In this document: positions 10,185 through 19,153 of the stretch, one piece after another
How positions within the stretch are numbered: position 1 is the stretch's first letter
Layout: the number at the start of each line of letters is the position of its first letter
Assembly (NCBI GenBank): GCA_046293555.1
Contig: JBKBOT010000002.1
Span: 39,608-103,607 of the forward strand
Origin: Pyrobaculum sp.
Lineage (GTDB): Archaea; Thermoproteota; Thermoprotei; Thermoproteales; Thermoproteaceae
Direction of reading: 5' to 3'
Length of the DNA stretch: 64,000 nucleotides
The notes under the pieces: generated by a model
The model's input: the letters and a program-made list of their open reading frames with translations, nothing else
What the model was told of the DNA's origin: nothing
Databases searched by the model: none
Program-made: the position numbers and the translations under genes

Positions 10185-10527
10185 ACCGGTGGTTAGGGGG
10201 GCGGGGCGTCTGTCTGCAGAAGTGGTGAGAATAGCCACGCCTGTATCCTTTCTGGGAGACCTAGATCCAGAAAGCGGCAAGCTCCTTGGGGTGGAGATTG
10301 CCGGAAAGATACTGTCTCTGCCTTATGTAAAGGGCTCCACGGTGGGGCCTTACGTGTTGTGGAGTATTTCAAAGAGGAAAAAGGCCCCCGTGGCTATTGT
10401 GGCCAAGAAGATAGACCTAATGTTAGTAACTGCCTGTGTGCTTGCCGAAATTCCGTTGTTTGAAGGGGAGATACACGGCAGTTGTGTAGACATAGATCTA
10501 TCTACGGGGAAATATGTCGAATGTTGA
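10171..10527 (+). CDS. Aconitase X swivel (small) subunit, DUF126
   Basis: SFLGDLDPESG, KGSTVG; overlaps the large subunit gene. Confidence 0.88.
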   Translation: MRMLRPVVRGAGRLSAEVVRIATPVSFLGDLDPESGKLLGVEIAGKILSLPYVKGSTVGPYVLWSISKRKKAPVAIVAKKIDLMLVTACVLAEIPLFEGEIHGSCVDIDLSTGKYVEC

Positions 10528-10798
10528 TAAAAAGATACTAGCCACATTAGCTCTGTACATGTTGGAAGAACTGGCGTGGCGTGAAAAAGTCAAGTTAAAA
10601 TATTGGAAAACCTTTAGGCTAGTCCAGTTCTGGCTCGGAGAAGAGACCGCCAGAAAGATAGTAGAGAAGTTAGCCGAGGGTAGGTACATAAAGCTAGAGG
10701 GGGGGTACGTAATTCTGCTTAAAAAATTTAAGCCAAGCAAGTCTCTCAACGCGATCTTGAGAGATACTTACACTCTTCTCGTTTTGCAAAGACTTTAA
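10514..10798 (+). CDS. Small winged-helix-like hypothetical protein
   Basis: Overlaps the upstream gene; helix-wing pattern VEKLAEGRYIKLEGGYVIL. Confidence 0.55.
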   Translation: MSNVDKKILATLALYMLEELAWREKVKLKYWKTFRLVQFWLGEETARKIVEKLAEGRYIKLEGGYVILLKKFKPSKSLNAILRDTYTLLVLQRL

Positions 10799-11507
10799 GC
10801 AGGCCCTCTGGTATTTGGTGTATATTTTCGCCATATATCACAGCCCTCCCTGCAAGCCACAAGAGTGTGTCTACATGGAGGGGGGGTATGCCCGCGGCGT
10901 GAGCTATGTAGCTCCAGGTTGTCTGGATCTCTTTCTGTCTCCTCATGGCCTCTTCCGGCGGGATGTCTACAAGCTTTGCACACCATGTGAGATACGCCAC
11001 CCTGTAGTCTACAGGTAGTGGTATCTCAAAAGGCAGCGGCCTATCCACACCTCTTGTACACATATAGACATAGTTTAAGATCTTTATGGCAAATACCACA
11101 GTTTTTTGTGTCGGCGGCGATTTTAACGCCGTGGAGATATCCCCCCAGGTCTTCTTGAGGTTTTCTAGGTCTGGCACATAGCCACAGAGCTTTAAAACAC
11201 GTCTCTTTCTACTCTCTAGCCCCAGCCTTAGGTATGGGCTGGCTTTTAGATAGGCAACAAAGTCGCCGCATATATTGCCCACATGGCGGGTTGAAAAGTA
11301 GTCGCCAAAAAACCCCCAGTGTTCTTCCCCCTTTCCTACAAGCTTGTAGCTAACCAAGGCGTTTAACATGGCGAGTCTGGCCCCCGCCTCTTCGCCATGT
11401 CTCTTTGCCGCCTTACACACAGCCACGAATTGGGGGTCACGTCTCTCTAGGCTAAACACCGCATCCATGCCGAAGTGCCTAATGGCCTCAATGACCTCTC
11501 TTGACAT
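10746..11507 (-). CDS. Archaeal 8-oxoguanine N-glycosylase/AP lyase (AGOG)
   Basis: DPQF, NALVSYKLxGKGEEHW, KTVVFAIK, PVDYRV, IPPLHVDTLLW. Confidence 0.92.
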   Translation of the reverse strand: MSREVIEAIRHFGMDAVFSLERRDPQFVAVCKAAKRHGEEAGARLAMLNALVSYKLVGKGEEHWGFFGDYFSTRHVGNICGDFVAYLKASPYLRLGLESRKRRVLKLCGYVPDLENLKKTWGDISTALKSPPTQKTVVFAIKILNYVYMCTRGVDRPLPFEIPLPVDYRVAYLTWCAKLVDIPPEEAMRRQKEIQTTWSYIAHAAGIPPLHVDTLLWLAGRAVIYGENIHQIPEGLLKVFAKREECKYLSRSR

Positions 11508-12492
11508 AATGCATGGGGTTTTTCACTCCGCAGTTAGCCACGCAGAGCCCCCAGCTTTTTAAAGTTTCGCAACTAGGCACTGAGTACTCCTTACGGCCCC
11601 CAGCCTGTCCCGCTATGTGTTGTACCTGATATCTGGTAATCTTCTCGTTGAAGTCGGGGACTGTTCTAAATAGGTCTACAATCTGCTCGACGTCCCACCC
11701 CCTTCTCAACAAGTACGTGACAATGGCAAACCTGGCGGCATGTGGGAGATTTTCCCCAGCTTTAAGCGTATTTAATATTGCGGTCATACAGGGGGGGTCT
11801 GGCCCCGCCGTGGGGGTTTTTACTTGTAGGGGCTTGTGTTTTATAAGGTCCCGGAGGGGGCTTAAATCTATCGACATGGCCACCTTGCCTACAGCAAGTT
11901 CGTTCTCTCTAGGTAGCTGTAATATACGTTGTTCATATGCCTCTTCCAGAAGTCTCTCAAAGTCGTCAACCGGCATTGCCACCCACCCTCTTATCACGGG
12001 GCGGTTGATCATAGCCCAGTAGGGATCTTGTGGGGCATATTTTAGATACGCCGTCCACCTCACCGCAATTCGGTAAAAAGCGCTTATGACTCCCGGCGTT
12101 ATCTCATGTGTGAGTTTTGTATCTACCCCAAGGTCTTTTGCAATTTCGATTTTACATCTATCATCTTGAATACTTGGTATTTTTCTAAGTAGATCTACAA
12201 AATTTTTACTTTCGTAATCTGCAAATCTACGTAATATGTATATATTTCCAGTGGCAGCTGCTATATATAGCGCAAGTCTTGCCGCCGCGGCCTCCTCTTC
12301 AGCCCTGTCTAGACACAGCCTTACATTAAACGGCTCTCTGGCAATAGCCATACGTAATTTCGCCATGGCCCTCTCTATAAGTGTCTTGTCTTCAAGCGTG
12401 GCCTCTAGCACAAAACCCCTCTTTGTGAGGTAGGCTACGGACTTTTCTAGAAATGGGAAATAACAAGAGAGCTCCCTCTGTGATTCACACAC
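11488..12492 (-). CDS. priL: DNA primase large subunit
   Basis: PPCM, HAARF, PDFNEKITRYQVQH, YSVPSC..C..C Fe-S domain, KNP. Confidence 0.93.
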   Translation of the reverse strand: MCESQRELSCYFPFLEKSVAYLTKRGFVLEATLEDKTLIERAMAKLRMAIAREPFNVRLCLDRAEEEAAAARLALYIAAATGNIYILRRFADYESKNFVDLLRKIPSIQDDRCKIEIAKDLGVDTKLTHEITPGVISAFYRIAVRWTAYLKYAPQDPYWAMINRPVIRGWVAMPVDDFERLLEEAYEQRILQLPRENELAVGKVAMSIDLSPLRDLIKHKPLQVKTPTAGPDPPCMTAILNTLKAGENLPHAARFAIVTYLLRRGWDVEQIVDLFRTVPDFNEKITRYQVQHIAGQAGGRKEYSVPSCETLKSWGLCVANCGVKNPMHYVKRGH

Positions 12493-12514
12493 AGTATAAC
12501 CTCAACTCGGGGTT

Positions 12515-13591
12515 TTAAATGAGACTAGATATGTCTATTGTAGAACTTAACTCTCCATATCTCCCCCCCGTTAGTTTAGCCATATGTCTTAAAAACTGGC
12601 TTCTCTCGGTGGCGATGAAGTGGAGTCTCCTAAATTTTTTCGCCAGGTCTAGCGTCTTCTCCACGTCGCCCGTCCTGCCGTCTGTAATCACCACCACATC
12701 TCTTGTGGCTTTATAACTGTGGAGAAGCTCTAACGCAGAGGAGAGCTCCGTGCCGCCAGAGGCGTAGACATATCTCAAGATCTCAACCATCTCCCTCCAG
12801 AAACGTTGTGTGTTATGTGGAGTCCACATAAAGTCTGCCTCTGTGTTAAACAAGACTAGAGAGATATAGCCCCCCATATGTGCCACTTGGTATAGATATC
12901 TCGCAATGGCGTTTTTCGCCACTTTAAGTTTTGTAACTCTGCCTATGTACTCCTTCATGCTGCCAGATACGTCTAGAGCTATATAGACAGGATGATTAGA
13001 TATATGTCTATATTCTCGTATATATATATCTTGAGGAGAGATAGGCCTATTTAACATATTTTTTCTTCTTATCGAGACGGCTGTTCTTATGAAGTCTACG
13101 TCTGAGAAAGGCGCGTTTAGATAGTAATTACGTATAGTTCTGACAGCTGACTTTGTGGAGAAAAGTCCCCCACCTTTTGCAACTATCCGGCCTCTCTGCG
13201 GCTCAGCCTCGTCTCTAGGTAGGTTTAACCCATGTATCACCTCAAGCTTCGCTCTAGGCGTGGCGTCTATCGGGACGTGTCTGTTTACTATATGCGCTAA
13301 GGTAGGCGACTTCTCGTCACCCACAGAAGAGCTTAAAACTAGCTGTGTCGACATCTGTCTGTCTGCTGGCATACAGAGAAGCGCATCTTTAATAATCTTC
13401 TTGGCCGTGGAGGGATCTGTCCTAAGGGTGCCCGCAAGGTTTTGTGCCAATATTTCTATAGTCTTTTCCTTATCTACAGCGCCGAGAGTGGCGCGCATGT
13501 ATATATCGGCTAGGGCATATGTAAGGCCTCGTATTGAGACTGAGTCTAGACACCTATATATTGCCTCTATTAGATCCAGTGGGTTATCCAT
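12515..13591 (-). CDS. von Willebrand factor A domain protein
   Basis: MIDAS DVSGSM, GGT, VITDG. Confidence 0.88.
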   Translation of the reverse strand: MDNPLDLIEAIYRCLDSVSIRGLTYALADIYMRATLGAVDKEKTIEILAQNLAGTLRTDPSTAKKIIKDALLCMPADRQMSTQLVLSSSVGDEKSPTLAHIVNRHVPIDATPRAKLEVIHGLNLPRDEAEPQRGRIVAKGGGLFSTKSAVRTIRNYYLNAPFSDVDFIRTAVSIRRKNMLNRPISPQDIYIREYRHISNHPVYIALDVSGSMKEYIGRVTKLKVAKNAIARYLYQVAHMGGYISLVLFNTEADFMWTPHNTQRFWREMVEILRYVYASGGTELSSALELLHSYKATRDVVVITDGRTGDVEKTLDLAKKFRRLHFIATERSQFLRHMAKLTGGRYGELSSTIDISSLI

Positions 13592-14498
13592 TTAAAGCCC
13601 TGTCGAAGATTCTAGACAGCACATCTCTAGTCTCGGGGTCAAAAGCCATGTTTACAATAACGCTTTTCTTAAGCTCTCTGATCCCCACCTCTCTACGTTG
13701 TGTCCATGCCTGAGCCACGGCGTCTGCAAGGGCATAGCTAAGCGACCGTATAGACGTGGAGTGCCCAGCCTTTTTTGCCTCTGAGGCAAATCTGGCCAAT
13801 ATGTCGGCGAGTTTATGTGGGATCTCTACCTCAAGACCTCCCAAGATCTCTCTGGCCTTCCAGATAAGTATCGACTTTAGTAGTTCTCTATCTGGCATCT
13901 TTATCTCGACGAATTTAAACCTGTCGGCTAGCGCCTCAGAGAGCTCGTACACCCCCTCATATTCGCTGGGGTTTGCGGTGCCAACTAGCAGAAAGTCGCT
14001 TCTAATCCTATACCCCCTGATGTATACATAGTGCTCTTGGATTACTTGTAGCAAGGCGGCTTGGGCGTAGGGATTTAGCCTGTTTATTTCATCCATGACT
14101 AAAACAGTGCCGTGTGCCATAACCAGGGGCCCTGGTATATAAGACAGCGGGTGGTCAAAACCGGCTTGTAGCACCACGGCGATGTCTATATCGCCGGTGA
14201 GATCTACTGCAGTCATATGTGAGTGACACGCCACCTCTATATACGGCGGGTCCCCCAAGGCGAGAATCTCCGCGATAGTTTCTGCAAGAGTGGTCTTACC
14301 CAGCCCCACGGTCCCCACAAGCACCACGGGCCTTCCGATCATAAGTCCGCTTAGCAAGTCAAGCACCACGTCGTCAAGACCCCTTAACGTTCTGCCCACC
14401 TGGTTTAAAACGCCCTCGGGGCCTAGCTCTCTAACTTTACTTCTGACAAGTCTAGGCATATCTATAGGCCGTCTCTGTAATAGCTCAGAAAGACGCAC
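13584..14498 (-). CDS. MoxR-family AAA+ ATPase
   Basis: GTVGLGKT, MDEINR, QAALL, TANPSEYEGVYELSEALADRF. Confidence 0.9.
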   Translation of the reverse strand: MRLSELLQRRPIDMPRLVRSKVRELGPEGVLNQVGRTLRGLDDVVLDLLSGLMIGRPVVLVGTVGLGKTTLAETIAEILALGDPPYIEVACHSHMTAVDLTGDIDIAVVLQAGFDHPLSYIPGPLVMAHGTVLVMDEINRLNPYAQAALLQVIQEHYVYIRGYRIRSDFLLVGTANPSEYEGVYELSEALADRFKFVEIKMPDRELLKSILIWKAREILGGLEVEIPHKLADILARFASEAKKAGHSTSIRSLSYALADAVAQAWTQRREVGIRELKKSVIVNMAFDPETRDVLSRIFDRALNG

Positions 14499-14578
14499 AG
14501 CTGTTATAGCAAACAGCCTTAAAAACTTCTACGGGGGGCGTTCTCTATGCTTAAAAACATGACATTAAGTTAGCATCT

Positions 14579-15853
14579 ATGATTCTACGTGTTATCCGCA
14601 CAGGTGAAATCTATCGAGTTGAAGGCCCCGCCAAGGTGGCGGTGAAGAGGGGACAGATATATGCCACAGGCGTGGTCTATGTCGAGGGGCAGAGTTTTAC
14701 CGTGTTGAGAGCCAGAAGGCTTGCGATAAAGGCGGTGACAGACTCTGAAGTAGAGTTCGTGTTGGGTCCAGGCGCCTTGCTTGAAAAGGCTGCCCCCAGC
14801 GAGGAGATAATTGACCACTGGGAGAGAGAAATATCGCGTATAGACCTCAGGGGGGTTATACTGATTATAGGCGTTATGGACGTGGGGAAGTCCACTATGG
14901 CCGCCCTGATAGGAAACAAGGCGCTATCTCGCGGCTATAAGGTGGCCATTATAGATGCCGACGTGGGTCAAAACGACTTGGGGCCGCCGACCACAGTGTC
15001 CCTAGCGAGACTCAAATGGTATGTCACACATTTAAGACAGCTAGTTGCCGAGAAGAGCATATTTCTCCAGTCCACATCTCTCTCCCACATCTGGCCTAAG
15101 GCTGTGGCAAAAATTGTAAAAGCGGTAGAATATGCCAAAAATAGGTGGCAGACAGATACTATTGTTGTAAATACAGACGGCTGGGTTTTAGACGACGAGG
15201 CTGTAGCCTATAAACGACAGCTAATAGAAGAGACAAAGCCGACGTTAGTAGTCGCCATACAGATAGAAAACGAGTTAATGAAAATCGTAGAGGGGTATAG
15301 TAACGTGTTAGTACTTCCACCGCCGCCACATGTGAGAACTAGATCTAGGGAAGATAGGAAAATACATAGGGAAATGGGCTATGGCAGGTATATATTCCCC
15401 CCAGCCGAGCTGGCTATCTCTCTAGACAAGATGCCGTTTTGCAATCTGCCGCTTTTTAAAGGCGTAGAGATATCTAACTCGATTAAAAAAATGTTGGCAC
15501 GAACTCTGGGGGTGTCGATACTAAAGGCCTATCAGATAGGCAATAAGGTATATGCAATTGTGGAAAACAACATGTTAGCCACAAAAAAGGTGGGCGGGGC
15601 ACAGGTGGCATGCATACCTGTGGACTTTGAGAAAGGCCTTTTGGTGGGGCTAGAAGACCGAGAGGGGTTTTTAGTGGGTCTTGGCGTATTAAAAAAGATC
15701 TATTACGACAAGAAGAAAGCCATTATATACACATCAAGCGACGTGGAGAAAAGACTTGGAGAGGTAAAATGTGTAAGACTGGGCCTTGTGAGACTTGACG
15801 AGAACTTTATGGAGGTAGAAAAGGTAAACCTCTTGAAAATAGAGATAGAGTAA
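14579..15853 (+). CDS. Clp1/Grc3-family polynucleotide 5'-kinase
   Basis: [33 protein letters not shown]. Confidence 0.88.
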   Translation: MILRVIRTGEIYRVEGPAKVAVKRGQIYATGVVYVEGQSFTVLRARRLAIKAVTDSEVEFVLGPGALLEKAAPSEEIIDHWEREISRIDLRGVILIIGVMDVGKSTMAALIGNKALSRGYKVAIIDADVGQNDLGPPTTVSLARLKWYVTHLRQLVAEKSIFLQSTSLSHIWPKAVAKIVKAVEYAKNRWQTDTIVVNTDGWVLDDEAVAYKRQLIEETKPTLVVAIQIENELMKIVEGYSNVLVLPPPPHVRTRSREDRKIHREMGYGRYIFPPAELAISLDKMPFCNLPLFKGVEISNSIKKMLARTLGVSILKAYQIGNKVYAIVENNMLATKKVGGAQVACIPVDFEKGLLVGLEDREGFLVGLGVLKKIYYDKKKAIIYTSSDVEKRLGEVKCVRLGLVRLDENFMEVEKVNLLKIEIE

Positions 15854-15878
15854 ATTTTTATTACCTAAATTAAGAACC

Positions 15879-17345
15879 GTGGAGCTCCTGAGAGAGGCGA
15901 GACCCCACGGCCGTGAGAAATTACGTAAAGACCTAATAGAGTGGTTCCACTGGCTTTTAAGAGAGGCGGAGATATATGACGTCAGATATCCAGTAAAGGG
16001 GGCTTACGTATGGCGTCCCTACGGCATGAAGTTAAGACGTAACGTAGAGAACCTGATTAGACGTCTTCACGACGAGACGGAACACGAGGAGGTGTTATTC
16101 CCCGTATTTATCCCCTACGAGTTTTTTGTAAAAGAGTCCCAACATATAAGAGGCTTCGAGAAAGAGGTCTTCTGGGCCTCTAAGGGCGGCGAGGGCGGAG
16201 AGAGGCTGGTGTTAAGACCTACCTCAGAGACGGCTATTATGCCTATGGTAAAGCTGTGGATACAAGACCATAAAGACCTTCCCTTAAGGCTTTACCAGGT
16301 GGTTAGTGTATTTAGGGCGGAAACCAAGATGACACACCCCATGATTAGACTAAGAGAAATCAGCATGTTTAAAGAGGCACATACAGTACATATAGATAGA
16401 GAAGACGCCGAGAGGCAAGTTAGGGAGGCTGTTGAGATATATAAAAGGATTTTTGATGAGATGTGTATACCATATATGATAAACAAGAGGCCTGATTGGG
16501 ATAAATTCGCCGGGGCTGAATACACCATCGCCTTCGACACCATACTCCCAGACGGGAGGACTTTACAAATAGGGACTGCCCACTATCTCGGCACTAATTT
16601 TACAAAGGTATTTGAGGTGACATATCTAGATGTAGACGGCACGAGGAAGTTGGCCCACACCACCTCTTACGGGATTTCTGAACGAAGTATCGCAGCTATG
16701 TTGATAGTACATGGCGACGACGCGGGCACCACTCTACCTCCCAAACTGGCCCCCATCCAGGCGGTTATTGTGCCTATATTCTATGGAGGGGGGGAGAAAC
16801 CTATGGTGATATCTCTAGCTAGACAAGTTGCAGAAGTCTTAAGGGAGAATGACATCCGTGTCCATATAGACGATAGAGACGACAAGACGCCAGGTTGGAA
16901 GTTTTACTACTGGGAGCTCAAAGGGGTGCCCATCCGTATAGAGATTGGGAAAAAAGACGTAGATCGGGGACAAGTTGTGGCGACTAGAAGAGACACCCTA
17001 GAGAAATATCTAGTTGACGTAAAAAACGTCGTCGATGCTGTAAATACCTTAATGAAGACAATAGAAGAGGACTTAAGAAAGAGGGGGTGGGACGAGTTAA
17101 ACAACAAGATCGTAAGGACGGAGGATGTCGAGGCTGTGAAAAAATCCACTAGAGAGGGGAAGGTGGTAGAGGTGCCGTGGAGTGGCGATGTGGAGTGCGG
17201 CGTTAAGATACAGGAGCTGGCCGGCGCAGATGCCCTCGGCGTACCTCTAGACAAGGAGGCGTCTGTAGGAGGTTTCGATCTACGTGACCTAGCTTGTAGA
17301 GACAGGCGGGCAGAGGTTTGGCTTAGACTCGCCGAGAGGTATTAG
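15879..17345 (+). CDS. proS: Proline--tRNA ligase (archaeal type)
   Basis: [38 protein letters not shown]-terminal Tyr. Confidence 0.97.
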   Translation: MELLREARPHGREKLRKDLIEWFHWLLREAEIYDVRYPVKGAYVWRPYGMKLRRNVENLIRRLHDETEHEEVLFPVFIPYEFFVKESQHIRGFEKEVFWASKGGEGGERLVLRPTSETAIMPMVKLWIQDHKDLPLRLYQVVSVFRAETKMTHPMIRLREISMFKEAHTVHIDREDAERQVREAVEIYKRIFDEMCIPYMINKRPDWDKFAGAEYTIAFDTILPDGRTLQIGTAHYLGTNFTKVFEVTYLDVDGTRKLAHTTSYGISERSIAAMLIVHGDDAGTTLPPKLAPIQAVIVPIFYGGGEKPMVISLARQVAEVLRENDIRVHIDDRDDKTPGWKFYYWELKGVPIRIEIGKKDVDRGQVVATRRDTLEKYLVDVKNVVDAVNTLMKTIEEDLRKRGWDELNNKIVRTEDVEAVKKSTREGKVVEVPWSGDVECGVKIQELAGADALGVPLDKEASVGGFDLRDLACRDRRAEVWLRLAERY

Positions 17346-17357
17346 AAAGTTTAAATA
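17344..17357 (+). promoter_or_regulatory. BRE/TATA promoter of rps26e (leaderless spacing)
   Basis: AGAAAG-TTTAAATA ending about 20 nt before ATG 17378. Confidence 0.65.
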
Positions 17358-17377
17358 GGGACATTTTAAGATGGGCG

Positions 17378-17674
17378 ATGCCCAAAAAACGAAAGAATCG
17401 AGGCCGCAAAAAGGGAGATAAGGGGAGGGAGCCATACGTCTATTGTGATAACTGCGGAAAGGTGACCCCCAGGTCCAAGTCTGTAAGGCTTACAGTGCCC
17501 CACTCGCCAGTGCCCCCAGACTTGGCTAGAGAGTTAGAAAAACAAGGCGCCATAATATTCCGCTACCTAGTCACTAAGACCTACTGTATCAACTGTGCCA
17601 TCTTCTTTGGGATTATTAAGGTAAGGCCGAGAGAAGAGAGAAAGAAGAAAATCCCGCTTCAGCAGGTTATTTGA
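17378..17674 (+). CDS. rps26e: 30S ribosomal protein S26e
   Basis: MPKKRKNRGRKKG, CDNC, YCINCA. Confidence 0.96.
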   Translation: MPKKRKNRGRKKGDKGREPYVYCDNCGKVTPRSKSVRLTVPHSPVPPDLARELEKQGAIIFRYLVTKTYCINCAIFFGIIKVRPREERKKKIPLQQVI

Positions 17675-18144
17675 GTTTCTTCATAAAGAGCGATACCCTC
17701 TGCCCCTGGTCGATAGACCTAAAGACGTTAGTGAGGAACAGGTTTGACGTGTTAATTGACTTCACGATAGAGTCTATCAAGGGCGGCGTTAGAGAAGTAT
17801 ATGTGATGTTATGCGACGGCACTACATACCATGTGACTTCTATCCCTTCAGACAAGACGCGAGAAGTCGCCACCTGGCTAAAACCTAGCTTCAAGTCAAC
17901 TCTTGAAGACCTTGTGAGGAGATTTGGGCGTGTGTACTACCTACACGAGAGGGGGAGAGACATCTTTGACGTAAGGCTAGAAGACGGGCTGTACGTCTTT
18001 GGAGATCACGACGGACTTTCTCCACACGACGAAGAGATATTATCTCGGAGAGCTATCTGGATCTCTCTAGGCCCTACCCCCTATATGTCTTGGCAGGCCG
18101 CAGTATATGTGGCCTATCTCCTAAAAAAACTAAATATAACTTAA
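17671..18144 (+). CDS. trmY: TrmY-like SPOUT methyltransferase (tRNA m1Psi54), shortened
   Basis: RFD, YYLHERG, FGDHDG, ISLGPTPY; TTG start overlapping the rps26e stop. Confidence 0.7.
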   Translation: MSFFIKSDTLCPWSIDLKTLVRNRFDVLIDFTIESIKGGVREVYVMLCDGTTYHVTSIPSDKTREVATWLKPSFKSTLEDLVRRFGRVYYLHERGRDIFDVRLEDGLYVFGDHDGLSPHDEEILSRRAIWISLGPTPYMSWQAAVYVAYLLKKLNIT

Positions 18145-18156
18145 GTTGCCATGTCG

Positions 18157-18701
18157 TGGTGATTGAACGTATTAGAAAAGTTATAAAAATTGAAATTAGC
18201 TTCATTCCAGTTAGCCCAAATGTATTAACTCTTTCTTCGCTTCTCGTGGCCTTGATAGGCGTGCCGCTGGTCTGGCAGGCAGGTCTCCCCCCGTGGCTTT
18301 TCATATTGACATCTGGCTTGCTAGACGTAATTGACGGAGCTGTGGCCAGGGGGAGGAGGCTCACCTCTAAGGCGGGCGCCTTTCTGGATTCCACTCTTGA
18401 CAGATATTCAGACGCGGTGTACTTGCTATACTTCTGGCCCCGTGTAGACCCCCTAGCGATCTACGTGGCGTTAATAGGCACGTTTATGATAAGCTATGCC
18501 AGATGTAGAGGCGAGGCTCTAGGCGTGGAGGTAAAAGGCAGAGGGTTTATGGAACGTGGTGAGAGAGTGCTATACCTCTTTGTGGCCAGCTTTTTTGAAA
18601 ACTTGATCTACATCCTAATAAACATCTATACGGTTCTTGTCGTTATGGGGGCTACATATCGCGTTATTTTTGTTTTCAATAAGGCTAAAAACGCCACATA
18701 G
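18157..18701 (+). CDS. CDP-alcohol phosphatidyltransferase (archaetidylinositol-phosphate synthase-like)
   Basis: SPNVLT, DVIDGAVAR..GAFLDSTLDRYSD, SYARCRGE, GFMERGER; probable GTG start at 18157. Confidence 0.88.
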
Positions 18702-18748
18702 AACTGGGAGATATTGAAAATTTAAAAATACAAAAGCCATATTGGATA

Positions 18749-19153
18749 ATGAGCGTAATTGCCGTAATTTCAAAAAATGAGGTAATAAAGAAAGAGGTTG
18801 TAGAGAAAGAAGTTGTAGAGGTGGTAAAGAAGATGGCTATAGAACTTATAAAAAGTTGGAACCCCCTCTCCTCAGATTTTATAGTTCTAAGGGATTTCTA
18901 TTCTCTCTCATACCCGGCGCCCCTCTCCAGAGAGTTGTTAGAAAAGATAAGGAAATTCTCGCCGAGACGTGTTGAAAACAAGGTTGAGGTGTCTCTACCA
19001 ATCTACGAGATTGTATATGACGCCCAGTGGGCTGGAGGGGGCCTGCAGATAGGCGACGCCACAGTGATATTCCCGTATATAGACGAAAAGACTACAGAAG
19101 AAATTTTGAGGGGGGTAATAGAAAACCTCGCGGTGGTGGAGAAGTCAGAGTAG
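18749..19153 (+). CDS. Crenarchaeal hypothetical protein (DUF2286-like)
   Basis: WNPxxSDFIVLRD, LPIYEI, PYID pattern; family assignment from memory. Confidence 0.55.
   Translation: MSVIAVISKNEVIKKEVVEKEVVEVVKKMAIELIKSWNPLSSDFIVLRDFYSLSYPAPLSRELLEKIRKFSPRRVENKVEVSLPIYEIVYDAQWAGGGLQIGDATVIFPYIDEKTTEEILRGVIENLAVVEKSE

Noticed and set aside
16453-16496. TTGATGA...CTGA C/D-like pattern
   Set aside because: Inside the proS coding sequence, no D' box and a short second guide; likely chance
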